From: Deltaproteobacteria bacterium HGW-Deltaproteobacteria-1
GTDB lineage: Bacteria > Desulfobacterota > Syntrophia > Syntrophales > Smithellaceae
NCBI GenBank assembly: GCA_002840635.1
Contig: PHBN01000002.1
Span: 1 to 48,190, forward strand
Direction of reading: 5' to 3'
Length of the DNA stretch: 48,190 nt
Positions 17,184 through 26,600 of this stretch are shown one piece after another. Each line of letters begins with the position of its first letter. The stretch's first letter is position 1. The notes under the pieces are model-generated. The model worked only from the letters and a program-made list of their open reading frames with translations. It made no database searches and was not told the DNA's origin. Both the position numbers and the translations under genes were made by a program.

Positions 17184-17833
17184 ATCTTTTCCTCCCCACA
17201 TTTCATTGAATTGAGCAAACAAGTCACTATAGCGGTGTTGTTAATTTCTTTGCGGAGGTCCAGTGACAATATCCCATGTCGGAGCAGTGCGAAAACCTCT
17301 TGCTTCAAAAAACCCCGTGAGCCCATCAAGCCGACGATTTCACCAAAGGGCATGTTTTCTCTGTTCGATAATATGTCGTTTAGGCTAAGCAGGTGGCTGT
17401 CCGAAATCGGAATCATGGAATATTTCTGCAGTAGTTTCACGTTGTCGAGAAGGGGCTGTTCCCTGATCATGCTGTCGGTAACGACCATGAATTCATAACC
17501 TTCGCGGTATATGACCGGAGCGACGCGTTGAAACAATTGACGGCAATCATCACTTTTTGCGGTTTTGTCGTCCTTGACTTCCACAACCTGGACCCGGTTT
17601 CCAACCCTTGTAACCAGGAAGTCCGGGGTGTATCGATGGATTTTACTGTCCCTGTCGTCATGGTACCTTACGCAAACTGATTGTTCTTCAAAAGATATGA
17701 CCTCCGGATCGAATTCCAACAAATATATGTAATCGCGCTCGATTTGGGATTCCCACATCACCATCCTGCCCATTTTTTGGCTGGGGAACTTCCCGATCAC
17801 TTTCCTGCCACCGTTTGTAATTTTTCTAATCAT
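17180..17833 (-). CDS. tnsA: TnsA endonuclease
   Basis: WESQIERDYIYLLEFDPEVISFEEQ...YTPDFLVTR...VQVVEVKDD matches the TnsA N-terminal restriction-endonuclease-like fold with its E/D/ExK residues. Confidence 0.85.
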   Translation of the reverse strand: MIRKITNGGRKVIGKFPSQKMGRMVMWESQIERDYIYLLEFDPEVISFEEQSVCVRYHDDRDSKIHRYTPDFLVTRVGNRVQVVEVKDDKTAKSDDCRQLFQRVAPVIYREGYEFMVVTDSMIREQPLLDNVKLLQKYSMIPISDSHLLSLNDILSNRENMPFGEIVGLMGSRGFLKQEVFALLRHGILSLDLRKEINNTAIVTCLLNSMKCGEEKI

Positions 17834-17857
17834 GGCGATCTTTCAATACTTATTATA

Positions 17858-17903
17858 CAAGTGATAAAAACTTATATTATAATATGAATTATGTCAAGTG
17901 ATA
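17858..17903. promoter_or_regulatory. two direct CAAGTGATA copies in the tnsA/xre divergent intergenic region
   Basis: CAAGTGATA occurs at 17858-17866 and 17895-17903, within the 108-bp gap between the divergent tnsA and XRE-type genes. Confidence 0.3.
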
Positions 17904-17941
17904 TTTGTTGACCACTCTTATTTTATAAGTTAGGAGTTCTT

Positions 17942-18829
17942 ATGGAAAATTTACCGTTGTTTTTGAAAATGGTGCGGGACGCGCAAGGAATCAGCCAATC
18001 TGAGCTGTCTGAAGATCTCGGAGTCAGCCAATCAGCGATTGCCCAGTTCGAGAAAATGAAAGCGACTCTCTCAATGGGACGCATGATAAGAATGGCGCCG
18101 ATCCTGAATGTGAATCCCAACTATTTGCAAACGGGGATTGGCAATCCCTTCAGGCAAACTATTAAACAGAAAACGATCAAGATGTTCTTCCCCGAAGATC
18201 CTCTAGGACGGATGGATACAACTCTCGTAAGGCTCATAATAGATGCCAACAAGCAGGCGGAATTTTTCTTCTTGAGGCCGGGGTATATTGACTCTCTCTC
18301 GATAGCAAAAGAGGGTGGAACTGTAAAGAAGGCGCTCAGCCAATGGCAGAGACAGCGGGCGAAAAACACCATGGTATGTGCCTTGTTCGTTTGTGACGGC
18401 GATGACAATACCTTCCTCTTCAAGAGGAAGAATAACCGCCTTTTCGACAATGAGGAACTTATGGTGTATTTTTTACGGAGAACAGGAGAAATTGATTATA
18501 AATGTTTTACTCTTGATACTATTAATTTGAGTTTGCCTGAATGCATTGAAATAATCAAGTGGCATGACTCACCGTGCGAAAAATTATTTGAGGAAATATT
18601 ATACTTGAAATCTCACAATGATCGTACATTCGTTACACGACTTTTGAATGACCTTTGGTCTCGAAAGGAGTTCATGAAAGATAGCAGAAACTATGAAATG
18701 GCCATGGAAATGATTAGAGGAATGCACGATGATAGCCTACGTAGGTCGTTGTCGGTTTTGGTGCCCCGCATGGCTAAGGTTGTAGAAGAAACATTTGTTT
18801 CGAACAATGATGACGAAGAAAAAGACTGA
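17942..18829 (+). CDS. XRE-family HTH protein with a ~220-aa uncharacterised C-terminal domain
   Basis: The N-terminal sequence LKMVRDAQGISQSELSEDLGVSQSAIAQFEKMK is an HTH_3-like pattern. A GGAG ribosome-binding site is present. The gene is divergent from tnsA. Confidence 0.75.
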   Translation: MENLPLFLKMVRDAQGISQSELSEDLGVSQSAIAQFEKMKATLSMGRMIRMAPILNVNPNYLQTGIGNPFRQTIKQKTIKMFFPEDPLGRMDTTLVRLIIDANKQAEFFFLRPGYIDSLSIAKEGGTVKKALSQWQRQRAKNTMVCALFVCDGDDNTFLFKRKNNRLFDNEELMVYFLRRTGEIDYKCFTLDTINLSLPECIEIIKWHDSPCEKLFEEILYLKSHNDRTFVTRLLNDLWSRKEFMKDSRNYEMAMEMIRGMHDDSLRRSLSVLVPRMAKVVEETFVSNNDDEEKD

Positions 18830-19255
18830 ATCTGTCTATATTATCAGTTCGGCGCACCGAACTAACAATTTGATAATGAATACAACTGTGTAGCTTGATT
18901 GTAATGTTTTTTATATCCATCGCTGCTGGTATTGGTGGGAGAAGATAGATGAGCTTGATTTCGCTTACAAATACCAGAGTCGTCTTTATGCCGTGGAGGT
19001 CAAATCCTGAATTTACCCCGAAAAATGTACCAAGTTCAAATTAAGTCTTTGCTCCTGTTGAAGTCAAATTTTTTCGACCTCAAAACCTGAACAATTTGTA
19101 AACCAACAAATTAACGGTTATTTGTCAATATATCGTTAATATAGAAATGAAGATGAGATAATTAACGGCAAATGTTTCTCATGGGAGGCCTGTTTTGGAA
19201 ATCCTCTTCGGGAAAAAGGGTTGGTATCTTCGGCAGAGTGGGATGACAGGGGGAT

Positions 19256-19306
19256 CGAAATACCAAATACCGAAATTTCGATACCAAAATTTCGATACCG
19301 AAAAAC
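19256..19306. repeat. short tandem repeats, 14-nt unit ATACC[GA]AAATTTCG
   Basis: ATACCGAAATTTCG at 19267-19280 and ATACCAAAATTTCG at 19281-19294 are flanked by partial units on both sides. Confidence 0.8.
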
Positions 19307-19396
19307 AGTATCTGTATAAAGATTTGTTGTTAATAAGAATCCGTGAATTATCTCGTGACCGCTACATGCAAATTTTGATTGTTAAAAGAGGGGAAT

Positions 19397-19427
19397 GGTT
19401 TGAGGTCGCAAATTGCGACCTCAAACC
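19397..19427. repeat. perfect 31-nt palindrome (15-bp arms, 1-nt centre)
   Basis: GGTTTGAGGTCGCAA-A-TTGCGACCTCAAACC. A near-copy of one arm, CGACCTCAAAACC, occurs at 19075-19087. Confidence 0.95.
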
Positions 19428-19833
19428 TTGGAAAGAAAATTATGAAGTTATCATAATTATATTTTGATAATCTGTTTATAATTGGGAAGTAAATTATATC
19501 ATTTCTGAACAGGTAAAACGAACCGGTCGTTAAAAATATATTACAACCGCAAATGTTTACCACATCCCGATGATATAATGTCTTTTGAGTTTTCCCCCTT
19601 TGAATATTCCTGAAGTTGTACCGACAAAAGCTCCGCCCTGTCCATACTTTTCCAAACGATTGATCTAAAAAGGTTTTTCTATCATAGTAACAATACCTAT
19701 CATATTATCGGATAATTTGTATAGTATAGTTAGTCCTGGTTTATTAAGTCCTTGTCGAATTTTCTGGACATATACAATCATTATCATTATAATAACGTCA
19801 TTATAATGACAATATCAATGGGAGGCTAAATGT

Positions 19834-20115
19834 ATGGCACAAACGGAGAGGATAACCTTTTTGGTGACAAAGGACTTTAAAAAATGGTTGACGGCGGAAG
19901 CAAAAAAATCAGGGTTGAGCATATCAGAACTAATCCGTTTGCGCTGCGAGAGTGGATCAAGCGAAGATATAATAACCATAAAGGCATCTGTTAACGAACT
20001 TAAAATTGCAACTGCAAGAGCGAACAGGGCTTTGGATGAAGGGCTTAAAGAAGCGTATAAAGTAATTAATCAACTTCGGAAAGGTAGAGAAATCCGAAAA
20101 AAAGGACTAAAATGA
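19834..20115 (+). CDS. ribbon-helix-helix (CopG/MobC-like) protein
   Basis: The N-terminus ERITFLVTKDFKKWLTAEAKKSGLSISELIRLRCE has a beta-strand then helix-helix pattern. A GGGAGG ribosome-binding site is present. Confidence 0.7.
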   Translation: MAQTERITFLVTKDFKKWLTAEAKKSGLSISELIRLRCESGSSEDIITIKASVNELKIATARANRALDEGLKEAYKVINQLRKGREIRKKGLK

Positions 20116-20160
20116 GAAAAATTATCAGAAAAAGCGGCATTAAAATCATGGAGTGAGATT

Positions 20161-20421
20161 GTGAAAATATACACCTATTCGGAAGCAAGAGAGCGTCTTG
20201 CCGAGATTCTTAATATCGCGCGTGAGGAAGATGTGATGATCCAAGGGCGCGGAGGTGAAGTATTTCCGATTGTCCTTAAAAAGAAATCTCGTTCTCCTTT
20301 TGCAATACCCGGTATAAAAACCCAAGCCTCCACTAAAGATATTCTTCAGGCTGTTAAGGACTCGAGAAGGCAAATTGCCAAACCAATCAATCCATTGGAC
20401 GACCGTTCCTCGCATCGGTGA
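20161..20421 (+). CDS. Phd/YefM-family antitoxin-like protein (no adjacent toxin)
   Basis: GTG start. KIYTYSEARERLAEILNIAREEDVMIQGRGGEVFPIV matches the Phd/YefM N-terminal fold pattern. The next gene is convergent. Confidence 0.7.
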   Translation: MKIYTYSEARERLAEILNIAREEDVMIQGRGGEVFPIVLKKKSRSPFAIPGIKTQASTKDILQAVKDSRRQIAKPINPLDDRSSHR

Positions 20422-20435
20422 CAGCTTCTTTTAAA

Positions 20436-20891
20436 CTATGGGCATTGTTTGAACTTGCCATTCTTGAAGATACCTAGTTCACGTTTCCCATTGAGCTCAC
20501 GTATGATTATACCTTTTCGATTTGGATCGGCATAATATAGAGGAACGTCCTTTATAGGTTTGATTACTACGCCAGGCTTAATTATTTTCCATATTGCCCT
20601 AGCTAGAGCGCCCTGACCTGCCTTAATATTGCGTTTGGTACTTACTTTGTTTGGTGGCTGAATATTAAAGATTATAGAAGAGCCGAAGCGAATCGGCCCG
20701 GGAATCACTTCTCCAGTTTGGCTCATATCCTTGATGATACCCTGAACAATTTTCCGGATACCCTTCAGGGCTGCCTCAGGTGTCTTGTCCAGGCAGCTCA
20801 GGCTTGGAAATTCAACACACGAACCTACGTATGCCAGATCATCCTCAGACCAGGTTAGGAGATAGGTATAACGATCATTCTTCAGCGGCAT
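20436..20891 (-). CDS. HicB-like (UPF0150-type) domain protein with an extra C-terminal domain
   Basis: The preferred start is the ATG at 20891, with GGAGG 7 nt upstream and located after the upstream gene's stop. YTYLLTWSEDDLAYVGSCVEFPSLSCLDKTPEAALKGIRKIVQGIIKDM is a typical HicB-antitoxin N-domain pattern. Confidence 0.6.
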   Translation of the reverse strand: MPLKNDRYTYLLTWSEDDLAYVGSCVEFPSLSCLDKTPEAALKGIRKIVQGIIKDMSQTGEVIPGPIRFGSSIIFNIQPPNKVSTKRNIKAGQGALARAIWKIIKPGVVIKPIKDVPLYYADPNRKGIIIRELNGKRELGIFKNGKFKQCP

Positions 20892-20919
20892 GCTCAACCT
20901 CCAGCGGTATTGTGCGCGC

Positions 20920-21297
20920 TCAGGATATAAGTCCATGTTCAATGCGGCCGAGCTCATTCAGCACCTGGTCAATCCCCTTATCGGAGATCATCAATTCCAT
21001 GTGAGTTTGGGGACCTGGGCCAATAACTTCCGATTGAAGCCATTCTTCGGCGGCCGCGGTACTGCCAAATACTTCTATGCTCCGCTTCTGGACCTTGATT
21101 AGGTTCGCCACATGTTTTTTGTCACGCTTCAACATACGGTTTTCTTCGCGTTGCCCCGGTTTTATTTCCTCTTCGATTTGGCTGATAAGCCTCTGGGCTT
21201 TGCGGATGGTTTCATCGAGAGTCAATTTTGTGGCGGCTTTTAAAAAAAACACGGTGAGGTTTAATAAATCATGATCGACTTTTTCGTTGGCTTTCAT
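20920..21297 (-). CDS. MbcA/ParS/Xre-type antitoxin-domain (DUF2384-like) protein
   Basis: The C-terminus AAAEEWLQSEVIGPGPQTHMELMISDKGIDQVLNELGRIEHGLIS fits the A-x2-WL...P..L...G...V...L.RIE.G pattern of this family. A GGAGGG ribosome-binding site is present. Confidence 0.65.
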   Translation of the reverse strand: MKANEKVDHDLLNLTVFFLKAATKLTLDETIRKAQRLISQIEEEIKPGQREENRMLKRDKKHVANLIKVQKRSIEVFGSTAAAEEWLQSEVIGPGPQTHMELMISDKGIDQVLNELGRIEHGLIS

Positions 21298-21402
21298 TTT
21301 CTCCCTCCTTTACAGATTTATATCAAATCAACAAAGCGATATCAATGAAATGTCAATAGAACAGGTGTTCCGGTAGTGGTTCAGTTTGAGTGAAAATTAA
21401 TT

Positions 21403-21696
21403 TTATTGATTTTGAAAAGTAGGGACTGGGTATGTTGAATCTTCTTGTTTGTGTGAATCGGCCAACTTTTGCATTGATATTTTCATATACGATAGAGCTT
21501 GATGGTATTCTTGTGGCTCAGGATCGGTTAGCATTCTTGCACTCATATTATCCTTCATGCCCTGTATCACAGCAATACGGATTGGCTCATTTACGCCGCA
21601 AGTATTTATTTGTATCGCCACATCAAATGTCCACAACACTGAAAATATTCCGTCTACAATTCCTGGTAGTCCATCCTTCCAGAAAATATCACGCAT
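21403..21696 (-). CDS. hypothetical protein
   Basis: 97-aa ORF with no motif. An overlapping plus-strand ORF of similar size exists, so the coding strand is uncertain. Confidence 0.3.
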   Translation of the reverse strand: MRDIFWKDGLPGIVDGIFSVLWTFDVAIQINTCGVNEPIRIAVIQGMKDNMSARMLTDPEPQEYHQALSYMKISMQKLADSHKQEDSTYPVPTFQNQ

Positions 21697-22001
21697 AAAT
21701 GCTAAATATGTCTACATTTTCTCTGTTCTTTGTAAATTATTAACATTTAAGAAATATATTTTGAGGAAAAAGATTCTCAGATAGATAATTTCTAAATTAT
21801 ACAGTTACAACTATTGTATAATTTTTAGCCCAATTCTAATCGCTATAAAACAAAACATGGGCATTATAAGGCCATCTTATCAGATCAAAATTATACATTA
21901 TTTCTTCTTTTGTATAAGAACTAATCTAGATCCACACCCAGTGAACCATCCAAATAAATCTATAGGGGGTGTTTAGGCCGTTTCTAACGCATATTAAAAT
22001 A

Positions 22002-22343
22002 TTAGATATGCGGGTAAAGTCCTCGAAGGACAAAGAATAATTGTCGCAGGTCATCTTCTGATATACCTTTTACAATTTTCGCCATCCGAGCTTCAATATC
22101 TTTTCGATTTGTGGATTCATGTTCAAAACGAAACAATTCAAAAGACTCAACATCTAGTGCTCCGGCAATCTTTTCCAGTGTGTCAAAAGAAGGGTTTTGC
22201 AGACCGCGTTCAATTTCGCCCACAAATTTATAACTGACGTCTGCTTTTGAACCCAATTTCTCCTGAGTAAGGCCTTTCGCCGTTCTTATCTCTCGAATCC
22301 TCCGGCCAAGAAGTGCTTTTTTATTATTTTGTTTATTTTCCAT
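22002..22343 (-). CDS. XRE-family HTH transcriptional regulator
   Basis: LGRRIREIRTAKGLTQEKLGSKADVSYKFVGEIERGLQNPSFDTLEKIAGALDV is a canonical HTH_3. Confidence 0.85.
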   Translation of the reverse strand: MENKQNNKKALLGRRIREIRTAKGLTQEKLGSKADVSYKFVGEIERGLQNPSFDTLEKIAGALDVESFELFRFEHESTNRKDIEARMAKIVKGISEDDLRQLFFVLRGLYPHI

Positions 22344-22571
22344 GTAGGAACTATAGAAGGTCTTTCAGGCATGATAAACCCTGTATTAGTGTTATATTAT
22401 CTTGACATAATACCAATACTGGGTAATGCTAAATAAAATAAATAGATACATAAACCTGGCTGATCATTGATTCAAAACCCTGAATGTCATGGCTAAGCAG
22501 AAAATCGATACTGCATTGTCGGTTGAACTGTAACTAAACGGTATATAGAAAAAGCATAAATAGGAGAAAAA

Positions 22572-23015
22572 ATGATAATTTATTTTGAGGTTCAAAATGA
22601 CTGGGAAATTCATAGAATCAAATGGGGAGGCACAGAGATAATAAGTTATCCACTAGTCGAACTTAGTGCAAATGGAAATATATTTCTCGTTGATGCAGAA
22701 ATTGAAATAGAAGAGGGTGAAACTTTAGTGAACAGATACATATTGGGTTCAGTGATAGACACCCTAAGATTTATTAATCAAAAGATAATCAAGGATAGCA
22801 AGATAACTCTTCTATCTACACGCTGCGACAATGAAGATGATTATGGAATTTCCGATTTGGTCGAAATTATTGAGGCTAAAGACGAAGCAGACCAGATCTC
22901 TTATATTCTGTGCTGTAAAAATGGAAGAACATATATAGATTCTGCACTTGCAAATAGCAAAGATGAGCTAACTGACTATAAAACGATATATCAGAAAAGT
23001 CTGACAAAAAAATAA
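22572..23015 (+). CDS. hypothetical protein
   Basis: 147-aa ORF with a GGAG ribosome-binding site, divergent from the XRE gene. No motif. Confidence 0.55.
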   Translation: MIIYFEVQNDWEIHRIKWGGTEIISYPLVELSANGNIFLVDAEIEIEEGETLVNRYILGSVIDTLRFINQKIIKDSKITLLSTRCDNEDDYGISDLVEIIEAKDEADQISYILCCKNGRTYIDSALANSKDELTDYKTIYQKSLTKK

Positions 23016-23448
23016 ACAAAATAATAATGCTTTTTATTGATATGTCTTAATAAAGTCTCGTTACAAGTGATTTTAAGAGGTCACTTTTGCCCACCTGGAT
23101 TGTGTTTATTTGATGACGCAATAGCTTTACACCAAACAATAAATAGCAAATTGCCTAATTAGTGGGCAAATATAAGCTAACTAAGTTTACTTGTATTTTA
23201 AAAGGATGCTCCATTTTATGAAAAGGATATTTTGGGCCGCTGCTGCAATATTGATGCTTATGCATTTGATAACTATTCAGGTCGGTAATACCGCCATCCG
23301 AACGGTGATCAGGACAGTCACCAAAGTTTCAGATGGCGATTTACAGTAATATTTCAATCTAAAAACACGTTCAAATAATCACTCCTCATCGCTATCCCCA
23401 GCAGGCAGGCATAAAATTAAGTTTATTTTATACCACTATTGTTCCACG

Positions 23449-23460
23449 TTTTTTTTTTTT
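23449..23460 (+). repeat. T12 homopolymer tract upstream of hsdR
   Basis: Twelve consecutive T residues, ~150 nt upstream of the hsdR start. Confidence 0.95.
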
Positions 23461-23613
23461 GCTGATCAGTTATTCGCTGATAATGATGGAATATTTTTCT
23501 TTCAAAAAAAGGAAGTTGTGCTATTTTACAAACCATTGATTCGAAAAACAAAGCTCAGATATTAATTGTATAACTGACTAGGGCCTAAAATCGGATTATT
23601 GGGAGTATAAGGC

Positions 23614-26600
23614 ATGAGCTTTAATGAAAATACTAGAGTGAAAATTCCTGCCATCCTACATTTGTGTAGATTGGGATACAATTACTTATCGCTTGCTAAT
23701 GCAAAACGAGATGAAACTACAAATATCTTCACTGATTTGTTTTCAGAAAGCATCAAACAAATAAATCCGGATGTTGAAGAAATTGATATTAAACGCTTAT
23801 TAGAAGATATCTCTCTGGCTCTGGATAATGAGGATTTGGGCGAAGCTTTTTACAAAATGCTTACAAACAGCTCAGGCATTAAGCTAATAGATTTTAACGA
23901 TTTCAAGAACAACTCTTTTCATGTTGTAACGGAACTGATCTGCAAAAATAGTGATGATGAATTTCGACCGGACATTACTCTTCTAATAAATGGAATGCCC
24001 CTTGTCTTTATCGAAGTAAAGAAACCCAATAATCACGAAGGAATTTTAGCAGAAAGAGACCGTATCAATATTCGTTTTAAGAATAAGAAGTTCAGAAAAT
24101 TTATAAACATTTCACAAGTACTCGTTTTTTCTAACAACATGGAATATGATCACCAATCAATAGAACCTATTCAAGGCGCATTTTATTCTTCAACTTCATA
24201 TAATGAAGCAAATTTTAATTGCTTCAGAGAAGAAGAACAATTTAATTTACAATACATTCTTAAACCAGAAGGTGATGAAATTGAAAACATTGTTTTAAAA
24301 GACAATAACCTTTCTGCAATTAAACACTCACCAGAGTTTATAACCAATAAAGAACCCGATACTCCGACAAATAGGATTTTAACGTCGCTATTTTCCAAAG
24401 TCCGGCTGTCAATGCTTTTAAAACACTGTATCGCCTATGTACGAGAAACAAATGGTCTGGAAAAACATATAATGCGTTACCCGCAACTATTTGCGACAAA
24501 GGCAATTGAGCAAAAAATTGATACCGGCACTAAAAGAGGCATTATCTGGCACACGCAAGGAAGTGGAAAGACAGCTCTCGCCTACTATAATGTTCATTAT
24601 TTAACAGATTATTTCCAGCAAAAGGGCATTATCCCAAAGTTCTATTTTATTGTTGATCGCATCGACCTGATGCACCAGGCTAAACGAGAGTTTGCCATAA
24701 GAGGTTTGTCGGTACACACTGTTGATTCCAAGGAAGCATTACTTAAGGATTTTAGACTGAAACAGGCAATTCATAACCTTTCCGGCGAACGGGAAATTAC
24801 AGTTGTTAATATCCAGAAATTTAAAGATGATACTGATGTGTTGAAGGTCAATGATTATGACATCAATATTCAGAGGATTTATTTCCTTGATGAAGTCCAC
24901 CGGAGTTACAATCCTACCGGCAGCTTTTTAGCAAATTTATATAATTCCGACAGGAATGCTATTCTTATAGGATTGACGGGTACGCCCTTGATATTGTCCG
25001 ACAGGAAATCGCGAGACACCTTTGGCGATTATATCCATAAATATTATTACAATGCGTCTATTGCCGATGGCTATACTTTGCGACTTATCCGGGAAGGAAT
25101 AGAGACTAATTATAAGATTCAACTTGCCCAGGCATTAAAAGAGGTTGAGGTTCTAAAGGGAGACGTGGATAAACGCATCATATACGCCCACGAGAGATTT
25201 GTCGAACCTATGCTTGATTACATTGTTCAGGACTTTATAAAAAGCAGAATCCGTTTCAATGACTACTCCATTGGTGGGATGGTAGTTTGCGATAGCGCAG
25301 AGCAGGCCAGAAAACTCTTTCAAATATTTATTGCCAAATACAATCCCCAGCAGCAAACAGTAGAAGAAGTATCAACCGAATATCTAAAAGTTGCTGAGCC
25401 ACCAGTTGAATACGGGTTATATCAGAATGATCAAAAAAGAAGATTAACAGCATCGTTGATATTATATGATGTTGGCTCGAAGGATGAACGCAAGGATGAA
25501 GTTGACGACTTTAAAGATGGGAAAATAGATTTGCTATTTGTTTACAACATGCTTCTTACCGGCTTCGATGCAAAAAGATTAAAGAAATTATATATTGGCC
25601 GCATAATCAAAGATCATAATCTGCTGCAAATGCTTACACGTGTCAATCGTCCCTATAAAAAGTTCAGATATGGATTTATAGTTGATTTTGCCGATATCCG
25701 CAAAGAATTCGACGCGACCAATAAAGCATATTTTGAAGAATTACAGGCCGAACTCGGCGATGAAATGAAAAACTATTCCAATCTCTTTAAATCAAAGGAA
25801 GAGATAGAAGAAGAAATCAGAGACATCAAAGAAAAGCTGTTTCATTATAATTTAAATAATGCAGAAATATTCTCTCAACAAATAAGCCTGATTGAAGACC
25901 GGGAGAAGGTTTTAGAAATTAAGAAAGCCTTGGAGAATGCCAGAAACCTATATAATATAATCCGGCTATACGGGTATTTTGAACTATTAGAAAAGGTGGA
26001 TTTCAAAAAGCTGAATCAGCTGCTTAATGAAACGGTGCGCCATCTGGAATTGTTGAACCTGAAAAATACTATTCAAAATAGTGCTGATACTGCCAATCTG
26101 CTGAATGTAGCATTGGAAAATGTAATTTTCATGTTCCGAAAAGTTTCCGAAGAAGAAATGATTATTGCCGACCAACTTAAAGATATGCTGCGTAAAGCAA
26201 GAGAGGCCTTAGGTGGTAATTTTGATCAGAAAGACCCTGTATTTGTTACCTTGTATGATGAGTTGAAAAGGCTTTTTGAAAAAAAGAATCTTGACGAAAT
26301 AACTCAGGAAGAAATGAAGCAGAATATTGGTTCTTTACGGCAGATATATGACAGAGTATCAGAGCTTAACCGCAAGAATAATCTATTGAAGGCAAAGTAC
26401 GAAAATGATGCTAAGTATGCTCGAATACATAAAAGGATTTTAGAAAAAGGAACAATCACAAAAAAAGAGAGTACAATTCACGAAACATTGATGGATATAA
26501 AAAAACAGACTGATGATATAGTGCTGCTCAATACTAAGGTACTGGAAAATGAAAGTTATTTTGCACATAGGCTGATGCCGATAGTGATTGATGGATTTAA

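Larger units (their letters stand above)
12016..17833 (-). mobile_element. Tn7-like transposition module (tnsA-tnsB-tnsC-tniQ); element ends not confidently located
   Basis: Four co-directional genes are tightly packed. tnsA/tnsB and tnsC/tniQ each overlap by 4 nt, and tnsB and tnsC are separated by an 18-nt gap. The family motifs are listed under each gene. Confidence 0.85.

Noticed and set aside
15067-17498. Series of plus-strand ORFs (71-127 aa) opposite tnsB and tnsA
   Set aside because: They are entirely antisense to long genes with strong family motifs. They have no ribosome-binding sites and their sequences are low-complexity and Arg/Ser/Cys-rich, typical of shadow ORFs.
11783-17898. 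10-bp inverted repeat CTTGACATAA (11783-11792) / TTATGTCAAG (17889-17898) flanking the tns operon, considered as transposon ends
   Set aside because: Similarity does not extend beyond 10 bp and there is no TGT terminus. Both copies contain TTGACA and may simply be -35 promoter boxes.
19256-19306. Possible CRISPR array
   Set aside because: The repeat unit is only 14 nt with no spacers, and no cas genes occur anywhere in the window. No other regularly spaced repeats of 25-40 nt were seen.
19195-19563. ORFs of 90 aa (+) and 71 aa (-) in the repeat-rich region
   Set aside because: They are read straight through the tandem repeats and the 31-nt palindrome. They have no ribosome-binding site and an implausible composition, so I treat the region as non-coding.
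19557-19664. 35-codon minus-strand frame (...LEKYGQGGAFVGTTSGIFKGGKLKRHYIIGMW*) ending exactly at the candidate TGTGG transposon terminus, considered as the 3' end of an attachment-site gene
   Set aside because: An in-frame stop lies immediately upstream, and the DNA beyond it is AT-rich with stops in all frames. It is most likely a chance frame.
23218-23349. 43-codon ORF (MKRIFWAAAAILMLMHLITIQVGNTAIRTVIRTVTKVSDGDLQ*), possibly the start of a truncated secreted nuclease
   Set aside because: It is too short and the similarity is only impressionistic (signal peptide plus a DGD motif), so it is not reported as a feature.
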